A stretch of DNA of 32,553 bases from a virus. Taxonomy: Duplodnaviria; Caudoviricetes. The number at the start of each line of letters is the position of its first letter. The first letter of the stretch is position 1. The notes under the pieces are model-generated. The model was not told the DNA's origin. It did no database searches and saw only the letters and a list, made by a program, of their open reading frames with translations. Location of the stretch: IMG/VR virus record IMGVR_UViG_3300015203_000022, positions 1 to 32,553 of that record, one strand, 5' to 3'. A program made the position numbers and the translations under genes. Positions 10,556 to 19,198 of the stretch are shown one piece after another.

Positions 10556-11131
10556 TCACGCCCGGCGGCGATACCCCGGATTTTGGGTCTCCAAGCTCGG
10601 CATGTCCGATGTCGTGGCCCCGGCGTGCCCGGAACCCGCCATGTTGGCTTGATGCTGCTGCCGCAAGCCCTGCATGGCCCTGGCGCCCGCATTGCGGTGC
10701 TTTCCGGTGTGCGCCGAGGCCGCCAATTCCCCGCCGTGGGCCTGCCAGCCGGTGATCCCCGGAGTGGCCGCCATCGCTTGCGAGACCGCGTTGTTGACCT
10801 GGGGCGCGGCCACGTCGCCTTCCCGCAGGTTGTCCTTGAGGTCGGTGATCTTGAGGCTGTTGGCTTCCTGCTGATCGAGACCGTGGAACTCCATGGCCAG
10901 TTGCGCCCGGTGCTCGGCGCCAGCCTCCATCGCCCGGTAGGTCTGATCGACCACCTGCTTGTGCTGGGTGCCGAGCATCGGCGCGGTCAGGGCCGGCTCC
11001 ATCACGCCGGCCTCGCTGTCGTAGCCGCAAAACTGGCAGAAGCGCGGCAAGGGGTCGGCCTCGATGGAGGGGTGGTGATCGTACCGGAACTCCTTGGAGC
11101 ACTCGGGGCAGCGGTAGAGGCGGGCGATCAT
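10556..11131 (-). CDS. Zn-ribbon protein between terminase and portal
   Basis: YRCPECSKEF...PRFCQFCG; ATGA overlap with the terminase stop. Confidence 0.65.
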   Translation of the reverse strand: MIARLYRCPECSKEFRYDHHPSIEADPLPRFCQFCGYDSEAGVMEPALTAPMLGTQHKQVVDQTYRAMEAGAEHRAQLAMEFHGLDQQEANSLKITDLKDNLREGDVAAPQVNNAVSQAMAATPGITGWQAHGGELAASAHTGKHRNAGARAMQGLRQQHQANMAGSGHAGATTSDMPSLETQNPGYRRRA

Positions 11132-13050
11132 CGGCGGCTTCTCCATGAGGCCCGCACGGCTTCCAGGCGGTTGTGTGAACGAACCCGCGCCTTGCCGGCC
11201 AGGAAGGTTTCCAACTGGCTGCCGTTGAACATAGCATACTGATCGGTGATCGTCATGCGGCGCTTGGCTTCCTCAAAAGAACGGGTCCGCTTGGTTGCCA
11301 TCAGCTTCGTGCGGATTTTCTCATCCCAATACCGGATGCCCATGGCCATCGCCATCACACGGTCGTCCTTGTTCACACCCTGGGCCTCGATACTGTCGCC
11401 CTCGCGCGTCACCGAACGCATTTCCTCAAGCGTGTCGAGCGAACGTATCCAGAGCATGCCGTTGTGCGTGAAGTCCCGCAGACGCTCCATGATGGCCACC
11501 TTCAGGGGGCCGGAGGTTTTCCAGTGCCATGAACTGCCAGGGGTCATGCTGTCCGACCGCTGATACAGGTAGTTGCGCGCGTTCTGGAAAATGTTCTGCA
11601 AGCCTTGCTCTTTGGCCTTGATGAGATAGTTGTGCTGAAGCTGGCGCTTCAACGACAACAATTCACGCCACGTCGCATCGCCCGGCCCGTTGATTTCGAG
11701 GATCAGATACACCTCGGACTTGTCGCCGCCATACCAGCCCAGCAGCGAAGCAAGCACCCATCCGAACTGGCGGCTGTCGATCAGGGGCCACGCATACTCG
11801 GCAACCTGTTCGATGCCATCCGAGTAGCAGCGGAGCACCTGCGCGCACGATCTGTCGCTCTTCTCGCTGTGGCCAAAGGCGGGATCGGCGGCGACGATGT
11901 AAACCGAGTCCTCGACCGGCTCCTGCCACACCTTGAGTTGCACGGAACGTGCGTTGGCGGCGGGCTGGACACTGAAATCGGTGAACTCGATGCCGGGATA
12001 GTAGCAGTAGGTTTTGTAATCACCGGAAACGTGCTTGGCGATTTGCTCTTTGAGGTTTTCGGGGGCGAAGAATGTCGCTCCGGTCATTTGATACGCGTCC
12101 GAATCGGTCCAGGGTTGTTCCTGGATACCCAAAACGTCGCCTTCAAACTCGGGATCGTTGTCTCCCTCGGCCTGCGCGCTCGGGTTCATCTTGCGCCTGA
12201 TCCAAGCAAGCTGTTCAGGCGTAATATCCCAATCGTATTTCTCTTTTACCTCCCGAATACGCAACATTTCTTTTTCGGACGGCGGAACAAGACCATACCG
12301 CTCGAAATCCGCGTAGCTCCGCTCGATTTTTTGATTGTCCTTGGCCCACCACCCGATGAACACGGTCTTTTTGTGTGCGGGATCGTTCAGAGCCTCAACC
12401 CACATGTCGTGACGCTGGTTATAGCCCCGCGCAGTGCTCTCCCAAATGTATAAACGGTTCGGAAAATCCTCGGCGAGCGAGTTCAGAAAGGCGGCGATGC
12501 CTTCCGGGTTGTCGATTGAACACATTTCGCTTACGTGACAAAAATTTACGCCGCTGGAACGGCCAAGAGTGCCGCTCGACCGTCCTTGACGAACGCCGCC
12601 AGACGCGAAATTTAGCGTGGAGCCGTTCGCAAGCTCCATCATGTTCCGGTTTTCGCGGACCATGCGGGGAAAAGAGAACTTTGTCGGAAGGTTTCGGGCC
12701 ATTCCGGTGATTTCGACGCGCGCTTCGTTAAGATGCGCCTCACTATCGAGAATCGCGTAGCCCTTCATGCCTGGGTGGATGCCACACCAGAACAGTGAAA
12801 GCGCCCTGACCACGGTGCTGATACCAAGCTGTCGGCTCTTGAGGATGTCGAAGTAGTGTATCTTGTCCTGAAGGCCGCTGAAGATGGCGTCGAGCGCGAT
12901 GAACTGCGCACGATACAGGCTGTCAGCCAGTTTGCACTGGCCGAGTTCCTTGGAGTTGATGGTGATTTGCCCGCAAAACTGAATGAAGCTCTCGCGGAAG
13001 ATAGCAGCCTTCTCTTTGGACCACCCAGCACCAACAAGAACGTCGCTCAC
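11128..13050 (-). CDS. terL: Terminase large subunit
   Basis: ILKSRQLGIST (Walker A), CHVSE (Walker B), IWESTA (motif III), RNase H-like VAADPAFG...DRS and KDDRVMA. GTG 13050 is coupled to the upstream stop. Confidence 0.9.
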   Translation of the reverse strand: MSDVLVGAGWSKEKAAIFRESFIQFCGQITINSKELGQCKLADSLYRAQFIALDAIFSGLQDKIHYFDILKSRQLGISTVVRALSLFWCGIHPGMKGYAILDSEAHLNEARVEITGMARNLPTKFSFPRMVRENRNMMELANGSTLNFASGGVRQGRSSGTLGRSSGVNFCHVSEMCSIDNPEGIAAFLNSLAEDFPNRLYIWESTARGYNQRHDMWVEALNDPAHKKTVFIGWWAKDNQKIERSYADFERYGLVPPSEKEMLRIREVKEKYDWDITPEQLAWIRRKMNPSAQAEGDNDPEFEGDVLGIQEQPWTDSDAYQMTGATFFAPENLKEQIAKHVSGDYKTYCYYPGIEFTDFSVQPAANARSVQLKVWQEPVEDSVYIVAADPAFGHSEKSDRSCAQVLRCYSDGIEQVAEYAWPLIDSRQFGWVLASLLGWYGGDKSEVYLILEINGPGDATWRELLSLKRQLQHNYLIKAKEQGLQNIFQNARNYLYQRSDSMTPGSSWHWKTSGPLKVAIMERLRDFTHNGMLWIRSLDTLEEMRSVTREGDSIEAQGVNKDDRVMAMAMGIRYWDEKIRTKLMATKRTRSFEEAKRRMTITDQYAMFNGSQLETFLAGKARVRSHNRLEAVRASWRSRR

Positions 13051-13682
13051 TCTTGGCCTTCCTTCCAAATGACGCCTGTTTTTATCTGGCTAACCAAACC
13101 CTGTGACACGCCAAACCTTCTAGCAAGCGCGGAGGTTCTCTCAACACGGGATGCGCGTCGAATCTCCCCGGCCACGCCCATGTCCAACTTCGCTTGTCGG
13201 GAGTTTCTCGACTGTTGCGCCTTGGTTGCCCAGCGAACATTGCCTCGACAATAGCCCTTGGAGTTGTCGATTCGATCCAGCGAATGACTTGGCGTTGGCC
13301 TCGGACCTATGTGCTCGTAGAACGCCAAGAATGATCCAAAAAACTCATCAGACACGGAAATTCCTCGGCCGCCATAATTCTTCCACGAGTCTAGTTTCGG
13401 GTTCGTGCATCGAGCGATCATAGCACACCACGCAATATGCTCCGGTGTCCGAGACATATTGTGGATAGCCATGTCGATTGCGCGGGCACTGGACACTTCA
13501 TCCCGCATACAACCGCAGGACTTCACCTCGCCCCCGCCTATGTTGTAGTGGTCAACCTCCGTTTCCTTGCCGCACTCGCACCGGCAAAGCCAGCGGCGAC
13601 GGTATCTGTTTATGCGAGGTAATTCATCAATTACAGTCAGGCGGTTGTAGCGACTGCCGATGGCGATTTCGTACTTGCTCAT
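13047..13682 (-). CDS. Free-standing HNH-type homing endonuclease
   Basis: WLCRCECG, KSCGC, YGGRGI, SLDRIDNSKGYCRGNVRWAT and a C-terminal HTH. Confidence 0.85.
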   Translation of the reverse strand: MSKYEIAIGSRYNRLTVIDELPRINRYRRRWLCRCECGKETEVDHYNIGGGEVKSCGCMRDEVSSARAIDMAIHNMSRTPEHIAWCAMIARCTNPKLDSWKNYGGRGISVSDEFFGSFLAFYEHIGPRPTPSHSLDRIDNSKGYCRGNVRWATKAQQSRNSRQAKLDMGVAGEIRRASRVERTSALARRFGVSQGLVSQIKTGVIWKEGQE

Positions 13683-13945
13683 CGCCGGCCAAACCCGGTC
13701 TGCGTCCCTCGCTCCTTCTCAAGAATCTCAGCCACCTTAATTTCGATCTTCGTCTTGACGCTCGATAGGATCAACGCCGGGCTGGCCTCACTATCCAGCA
13801 GCAACACCTCAATCGTCTCCCCATTCGGCAAGACGATGACGGCAGCCCCCGCGAAGCCGTTGGACAGGTTCGCCACCACCTTGTCAGCCATGCGGCTGAA
13901 AGGTTGGTCCCAATCCGGCACCTTGCGCTCGACCGCCTCGCTCAT
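13679..13945 (-). CDS. Hypothetical protein
   Basis: ORF with ATGA overlaps at both ends. Confidence 0.65.
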   Translation of the reverse strand: MSEAVERKVPDWDQPFSRMADKVVANLSNGFAGAAVIVLPNGETIEVLLLDSEASPALILSSVKTKIEIKVAEILEKERGTQTGFGRR

Positions 13946-14619
13946 TCCGACAATCCGTTCATGGCCAGGAAAGCCCGGATCGTAGCGAAATCAGCGTGGG
14001 TTATCCAGTCCAGACCGTACGGCGACATCGCCTTGATATTCTGCGGCGTCAACACCTCCTGATCGTTCCTGGCACCCCGCATCGGCAGCACCCACAGGTC
14101 ATCACCCGCCAACCTCTCCACCTTCCGCTCAGGCATGTCCTCGATCACGCTGCTGCGCCAGTCGTAGCGTTCAGCGAGCCGCGTGCTGGCCAGCCAGCGG
14201 GTGTGGGCGAAGAACAGCCCAACCTCGATGAAATTGTACTGCGACACCCAAGGCGCCGCGCACATCACGCTCGCCGCCTCCATGCGTTCGATGATCGGCA
14301 GTATCGGCTTGGCCAGGAGGACATCGGCCTCGACGCACACGGCGTAGTCGTAGTCGTGCTCCACGGCGTATTCCAAGCCCTTGCAGAACGCCCGCCCCCA
14401 CCCGTCCTGACCACCGTGGTTCAAGTGCCCGATGTTGTCGGGAAAACTGAAATAGAACTGCCCCCAATCCGGCGAAAGAGGCGATGCGCTGTCGATGAGC
14501 ATGAGGTCGCAGCCGGGGTTGAGTTGCCGAAGCAACTTGCCGGACAGGTTTGCGAGATACCGTGCGTGCTGGTTTGCACAGTACGTCGGGCCGAAGATCA
14601 GGACGCGCGGATCGCTCAC
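13942..14619 (-). CDS. Putative GT-A fold glycosyltransferase
   Basis: LMLIDSAS, DNIGH..G.GRAFCKGLEYA, YDYAVCVEADVLL (DxD-like). GTG 14619 overlaps the HNH stop. Confidence 0.65.
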   Translation of the reverse strand: MSDPRVLIFGPTYCANQHARYLANLSGKLLRQLNPGCDLMLIDSASPLSPDWGQFYFSFPDNIGHLNHGGQDGWGRAFCKGLEYAVEHDYDYAVCVEADVLLAKPILPIIERMEAASVMCAAPWVSQYNFIEVGLFFAHTRWLASTRLAERYDWRSSVIEDMPERKVERLAGDDLWVLPMRGARNDQEVLTPQNIKAMSPYGLDWITHADFATIRAFLAMNGLSE

Positions 14620-15245
14620 CTCAACCCTCTCCAAGTACGTCCGCGCTGGATTGCACATACCATTGAGGCCGTCACACCAAACATTCTACCCACAGCCGGT
14701 TGAGACATCTTCCATCTTAGGTCAAGTATTTTTCTCGCATCATCTTCAGTTAATTTATTGTTTCTTCTGTTCCTGGCTTGCTGATCGTAAGTCTCCCAAC
14801 GAATGTTTCCAGGCTCATATCCACGCTCGTTATCTATTCGTCCAACAGTCATTTTTGGTCCCGGACTTGGCCCTATTTCAGCGTAAAAAACCTCAAAATT
14901 GTTGATGAATTTTTCAGAAATAGTGATACCTCTTCCGCCATAATCTATATAGCCTTTTGTGTTGGTGTTTAAGCATCTTCTTTTCATCGCTGACCACGCC
15001 ACATACTCTTTTGTTACACCAGATCGCCTGCTTCCTCCATGTTTTGTGTTTGATTTAATAGTTGCAGGAAGTATTTGGCACCCACACGATCTGGACAAAC
15101 CTCTTATTAAATTTCCTTGAAAGACTATTCCATTTTTTCCGCACGCACACTCACAGTGCCATCTTGCACTAGATGTTTTTGACGCCTTGTTGGCTACTGT
15201 CCACATGCCAAAAACATCACCTACAGACACAAGCGGTGTTTTCAT
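14616..15245 (-). CDS. Free-standing HNH-type homing endonuclease (AT-rich)
   Basis: WHCECACG, RSCGC, YGGRGI, RIDNERGYEPGNIRW. Same family as 13047..13682 and visibly more AT-rich than its flanks. Confidence 0.85.
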   Translation of the reverse strand: MKTPLVSVGDVFGMWTVANKASKTSSARWHCECACGKNGIVFQGNLIRGLSRSCGCQILPATIKSNTKHGGSRRSGVTKEYVAWSAMKRRCLNTNTKGYIDYGGRGITISEKFINNFEVFYAEIGPSPGPKMTVGRIDNERGYEPGNIRWETYDQQARNRRNNKLTEDDARKILDLRWKMSQPAVGRMFGVTASMVCAIQRGRTWRGLR

Positions 15246-15460
15246 AGATAGCGATGCTCGAATCGGCTCTTGACATTCTGCGCGAGGAAACTCCCGACGC
15301 TCCACGCATTCATCGCCTGATCGGCAATCTCCTGTGGAACCCCGGAATAGATCGAGGTCTTGCCGCTGTCCCACTCGACGTACAACTCGTGCTTGTCGGT
15401 GTCGTAAGCCACGGTGTTGACGTGGCTGCTGAATACGCTTTTCGGGCCTAGAATGGTCAT
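15242..15460 (-). CDS. KTSC-domain protein
   Basis: SSHVNTVAYD...LYVEWDSG..Y.GVP......AWSVGSFL fits the KTSC signature. Confidence 0.85.
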   Translation of the reverse strand: MTILGPKSVFSSHVNTVAYDTDKHELYVEWDSGKTSIYSGVPQEIADQAMNAWSVGSFLAQNVKSRFEHRYL

Positions 15461-15804
15461 ATTTTTTCCTTTCCGAACGCCAGTTTTCGCATATCCTCCA
15501 AGTGGGCCTGCATGGCGGTCATTTCCGCCGCGTGCGGGTTCGCACCCTTCGGACGCAAACCTCTCGACCACGCAAGGTCCATCAAGCCTTGCAGGAACCC
15601 GTCGATCTCCTTGGTGTGTGCAAAAAAAGAGCCTTTCATAAACACGATGTCGTCTATTGGAGAAGTGCCATTGTTGTTGTCGAAAGTTAGTATGCTTGGT
15701 TTAACAAGAACGCTGGTTATGTGTCGCAATGGATCAACGCTGTATATTACGAGGTTTTCTTGCGCTGAACTTAGTTCGGGATGAATTACCGCTTCCCACT
15801 TCAC
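15457..15804 (-). CDS. Hypothetical protein
   Basis: ORF coupled to both neighbours; FLQGLMDLAWSRGLRPKG...HLEDMRKL. Confidence 0.65.
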   Translation of the reverse strand: MKWEAVIHPELSSAQENLVIYSVDPLRHITSVLVKPSILTFDNNNGTSPIDDIVFMKGSFFAHTKEIDGFLQGLMDLAWSRGLRPKGANPHAAEMTAMQAHLEDMRKLAFGKEKI

Positions 15805-17207
15805 AGCACACGCTCCTGCAAAGCCTCAACGATCCTCTCCCACACCGGCCCCCACGTCATGTCCTCACCCTGCCTATACAAAACAGTTTTCTCGGCCCAC
15901 ATGGGCGTGGTGCGGGTGCGGCCACACCGATAATCCCCACCAAGATACGACAACGGCACCCAGCACTCGACGCCCGCTGCCGCCGCCAGATGGGCGACGA
16001 ACGACTCGACGGACACCACGAGGTCGAGTTCACGCATGAACCCCACGGTGTCCTTCGCGTCCCGGATATAGGGGGCCAGATCGCGGATCAACCCGGCACA
16101 ACCGGCGCTGTGCAGGTCGGCCGCGCGCTCACCGACTTGCAGGGAGTAGAGTTGCACGCCGTCCACCTGATACAGCTTCAGGAAGTCCTCGACGGCGAGC
16201 TTGCGGTGGTGGTCGATGTCGTTGAGCGGCGATCCCGCCCAGGCAATCCCGATGTGGAACTTGGCCTCGGGGTTCTTCCAGACCATCGCGGGCTTCGGGA
16301 TGTCGCCGAGGGTCAAGCCCTTGGCGTTCACGATCTCATCGGTCGTCAAGCCGAGCGCCACGGGCACCGATACGATGGGCACCCACGCATCGGCCACGGG
16401 GTATTGCGCTTCCAGCGGCAGGAACTCGATGCCCGGCAGGGCCTCGCGCAGCAGGCTAACGAGGGGCTGCTGGGCCATGCAGACCACGTAGCGGGCCTTG
16501 TCGTAGAGCGCCGGCAGGAAGCGCGCGTAGCAGAGTGAGTCGCCAGCGCCTTGTTCGGCGACGACAACGAGCGTGCCGATCACGCTGCCATCATACCTCG
16601 GGTACGGGAAATTCGCGTAGTGGGCGAGCTTGTCGCTATAGGCGAACCGCGCCTCAAAGTGCTTCAGGCCTTCGGCCATGTTGCCGGCGAACAGGTGGGC
16701 GAAAGCGAGACCCATTTCCACGATAGGGGTGGGGCTGATGTTGTAGCCGGTTTGCGCTGTCTCGATGGCGAGCGCGTCATTTCCGAACACCGACTCGATC
16801 ATGGATATGTTGGTCCATGCGAACGCCAGTTTGTCGTTCATGGTCAGCGCATTTCGGGTAAGCGTCCAGCCCTCATCCAACTCCCCGTGGTGGTAGAGGC
16901 GGTGCCCCAGGTTCACCAACGCCTTCGCCCGCAACTCCGGGTTCATGTCCCCGGATATACCACCGTCAGGCAGTGCCAGGGCCTTCCTGAAGGCCGCTAT
17001 GGACGCCGGCAGCAGCTTCAGGTCGGCCAGCGCGTTGCCCAGCATGAACCAGCCGTCCGCGAACGTGGGATCAACGGTGACGGCACTGCACAGCAGGCGG
17101 TAAGCCATCTGCTTGTCCTGGCCAACCACCGTGAGAACTTGGTTGCGGAAATTGATCGCCTGATTGCGGCGAGCCTTGGCTTCGTCAGTGAACACCGCGT
17201 CGTTCAT
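15801..17207 (-). CDS. TPR-repeat protein fused to a GT-B (family 9-like) glycosyltransferase domain
   Basis: TPR helices (WFMLGNALADL, LVNLGHRL), then AEQGAGDSL, IGIAWAGSP, YSLQVG, LDLVVSVESFVAHLAAAAG. Confidence 0.8.
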   Translation of the reverse strand: MNDAVFTDEAKARRNQAINFRNQVLTVVGQDKQMAYRLLCSAVTVDPTFADGWFMLGNALADLKLLPASIAAFRKALALPDGGISGDMNPELRAKALVNLGHRLYHHGELDEGWTLTRNALTMNDKLAFAWTNISMIESVFGNDALAIETAQTGYNISPTPIVEMGLAFAHLFAGNMAEGLKHFEARFAYSDKLAHYANFPYPRYDGSVIGTLVVVAEQGAGDSLCYARFLPALYDKARYVVCMAQQPLVSLLREALPGIEFLPLEAQYPVADAWVPIVSVPVALGLTTDEIVNAKGLTLGDIPKPAMVWKNPEAKFHIGIAWAGSPLNDIDHHRKLAVEDFLKLYQVDGVQLYSLQVGERAADLHSAGCAGLIRDLAPYIRDAKDTVGFMRELDLVVSVESFVAHLAAAAGVECWVPLSYLGGDYRCGRTRTTPMWAEKTVLYRQGEDMTWGPVWERIVEALQERVL

Positions 17208-17401
17208 GTCTCTCCCCTCGGCGCAAACCGGCTGCGCCTGAAATTGCTCGCCCAACACAACTGCTGTTGGAACCGCACACCACCGCCAGTCTCGGTGTGA
17301 ACGAACTCGCCATTATCCTCACGCACCGCCGCGAGACGACCGGCACGGCACATCGGGCAGACGAGCTTGATGATCTCGGTGAACTCGTCGGCGGTCAGCA
17401 T
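17204..17401 (-). CDS. Small CxxC...H...C protein
   Basis: VCPMC...H...LCWASNFR; overlaps both neighbours. Confidence 0.6.
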   Translation of the reverse strand: MLTADEFTEIIKLVCPMCRAGRLAAVREDNGEFVHTETGGGVRFQQQLCWASNFRRSRFAPRGET

Positions 17402-17850
17402 GGCGACAAGAGTTCGGTCTGCATTGGACCTGCGACGTAGATGCAGTGCTCAATGGCCAGGAGCATAGCCTGCGGGGCTGTCGCACCCGCTGCCAAGGCT
17501 CCGCGCGCAAATGTCTCTGCGTCGGACTCCCCGTAGCAGCAGTAAGCCCCGGCCGGGGCAGGCACGAACTCGAATGATGGCCCCCAGCACCGATACATGA
17601 AGCCGTTAGGTCTGAGTATAACAAGGCCGGACTTGTTATCGTCGCTAATTTTTGGAGTAAATTTGTGATCGAATCCCTTCAGCATCCACTTGCCAAAAGC
17701 ATAGCAATCATCCGAGTTTCCGGCGGCGGCGAAAAGCGTGCCGTCCTTCAGCCTGCCGATCTTCGGGCGGCCCACCACACTCCGAATACCGGCCGCCACC
17801 GATATGCTGTCTGCCACCATCCCGTCCTTCCACGCGATGATGAGTGTCAT
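17395..17850 (-). CDS. HslV/proteasome-beta-like Ntn-hydrolase
   Basis: Start MTLIIAW at 17850 (TGATG). N-terminal Thr, ADS, KI, AAAG and FARGALAAGATAPQAMLLA match the HslV-like pattern. Confidence 0.65.
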   Translation of the reverse strand: MTLIIAWKDGMVADSISVAAGIRSVVGRPKIGRLKDGTLFAAAGNSDDCYAFGKWMLKGFDHKFTPKISDDNKSGLVILRPNGFMYRCWGPSFEFVPAPAGAYCCYGESDAETFARGALAAGATAPQAMLLAIEHCIYVAGPMQTELLSPC

Positions 17851-18149
17851 CAGATCGCCGTGGTCTCTACAGGCGGTGGGTCGTTGGCGTCCAGCATGGC
17901 TCGGGTTTCGTCGGCGGCGCTTGACGGCCTGATACTCGTGTTGACCTTGCCTGCCTCCTGCCGCCAGCGCCGGACATCGTTGGAGTGTCCGATGGCGTTG
18001 GCGAACCAACTGATCATCAAGCCTTCGTCAATCTTGTCGCGGCCGATCTTGTCAATCGTTCGCACGAACTCCTGCGCCCACAACTGCGCGTTGTCGCCGA
18101 GGCGATTTAGGAAAGCAGCGGCGGTTTCCTCTTGCTTCGCGTCGCTCAT
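17850..18149 (-). CDS. Hypothetical protein
   Basis: GAGGA RBS; motif AQLWAQEF...MISWFANAI. Confidence 0.65.
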   Translation of the reverse strand: MSDAKQEETAAAFLNRLGDNAQLWAQEFVRTIDKIGRDKIDEGLMISWFANAIGHSNDVRRWRQEAGKVNTSIRPSSAADETRAMLDANDPPPVETTAI

Positions 18150-18160
18150 GTTCGGTCCTC

Positions 18161-18490
18161 CTAGGACATCATCGGTGAAAGGCCGGTGCTACCGGAAAGC
18201 TGCGCGCGACGCTGCATGCGGATCGCGTGATCCTGCTGGGCGGCAGCCTGCATACCGGCAACCACGGACTGATAGGCCAAGTCCTTGTCGAGATCGGCGA
18301 GGATGCAGTGCGAAATCCGCTCGCGATACGTCACCAGCAGGTGCCCGTGCTGATCCGGCAATTCGATCTTGCCGCCATCCTGGTCTATCGCGATCTCCAT
18401 CGAAGCCACCGCCGCTTTGCGGTCGGTGAACGAGAGCGTGACAGGGGTTGCGCAATCGTGCAGGAACACGTTCAACACGTACATCGTCAT
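18161..18490 (-). CDS. Hypothetical protein
   Basis: TGATG coupling with the upstream gene; AAGGA RBS. Confidence 0.6.
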   Translation of the reverse strand: MTMYVLNVFLHDCATPVTLSFTDRKAAVASMEIAIDQDGGKIELPDQHGHLLVTYRERISHCILADLDKDLAYQSVVAGMQAAAQQDHAIRMQRRAQLSGSTGLSPMMS

Positions 18491-18711
18491 CAGGTTTTTC
18501 CTTCTTGAATGTGGGCGATCCCCGCCACGACGAGCCTTCGCACCGCCTCGGAAAACGACAGCTTGTTCTGCGCGGCGGCATTCTGGATGAAATCGAACAT
18601 TTCCCGCGTGAAGGTCACAGCTATCCGAGGGCCGGCGTCCTTGGCAGACTGCGTACCACGCGCGTCCCGCGCGGCCCTATGGGTTCTCACCGTAGTACGA
18701 AGATCACCCAT
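18490..18711 (-). CDS. Ribbon-helix-helix DNA-binding protein
   Basis: RIAVTFTREMFDFIQNAAAQNKLSFSEAVRRLV; ATG 18711 overlaps the upstream stop. Confidence 0.65.
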   Translation of the reverse strand: MGDLRTTVRTHRAARDARGTQSAKDAGPRIAVTFTREMFDFIQNAAAQNKLSFSEAVRRLVVAGIAHIQEGKT

Positions 18712-18884
18712 CAGATGTAGTTCTCTTCGTCCTTGTCGGGTGGTCCCTTGGTGTTGCGGTCGAGCACCAACCTGATCCAGTCCGACAGGCTGCGCTTCAC
18801 AACCTTCGCGCGGGCCTTGTAGTCCCGCAACTGCTTGGTGGTGATCCTGATGTGCAGGAACTCGGTCTTGTCCGCAGCGGCCAA
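18711..18884 (-). CDS. Ribbon-helix-helix (CopG/Arc-like) protein, 57 aa
   Basis: Manual translation MAAADKTEFLHIRITTKQLRDYKARAKVVKRSLSDWIRLVLD...; AAGGAG RBS; TTG start. Confidence 0.7.
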   Translation of the reverse strand: MAAADKTEFLHIRITTKQLRDYKARAKVVKRSLSDWIRLVLDRNTKGPPDKDEENYI

Positions 18885-18908
18885 GGGTCACACTCCTTAT
18901 GGTGATAC

Positions 18909-18938
18909 AACGTGGAGCGATGTGTGTGAGCGTGTCAA
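18909..18938 (-). promoter_or_regulatory. sigma70-like promoter
   Basis: TTGACA-N18-CACGTT upstream of the RHH gene RBS. Confidence 0.5.
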
Positions 18939-18942
18939 GGGG

Positions 18943-19185
18943 CTATCCGGCATCCTCTACCAGCATCACGTAGATGATATGGGAGTTGTCCTCTATCGCA
19001 TGCAAAACATCCGCCACTCGGTATCTGTAAACACCTCTCTTTCCTAGAGCTACGATGTCTCCTTTGCCTGGAATCACCGCCAGCGAGTGCTCATAGGACA
19101 CGTCCCACCCCGCCACGGGAACAAGGTGATCGTGATGCTCTTGATACTCGTGGTGAACGAACCTGACACAAACTTTATGATCCAT
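18943..19185 (-). CDS. Hypothetical protein
   Basis: AGGAG RBS; ORF track. Confidence 0.6.
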   Translation of the reverse strand: MDHKVCVRFVHHEYQEHHDHLVPVAGWDVSYEHSLAVIPGKGDIVALGKRGVYRYRVADVLHAIEDNSHIIYVMLVEDAG

Positions 19186-19198
19186 CTGCCGTCTCCTA

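Noticed and set aside
13679-13945. Small terminase subunit
   Set aside because: Position fits, but no recognisable TerS motif; left as hypothetical.
6057-15245. HNH genes as intron- or intein-encoded
   Set aside because: Capsid, portal and terminase frames are intact, and the HNH ORFs lie between genes.
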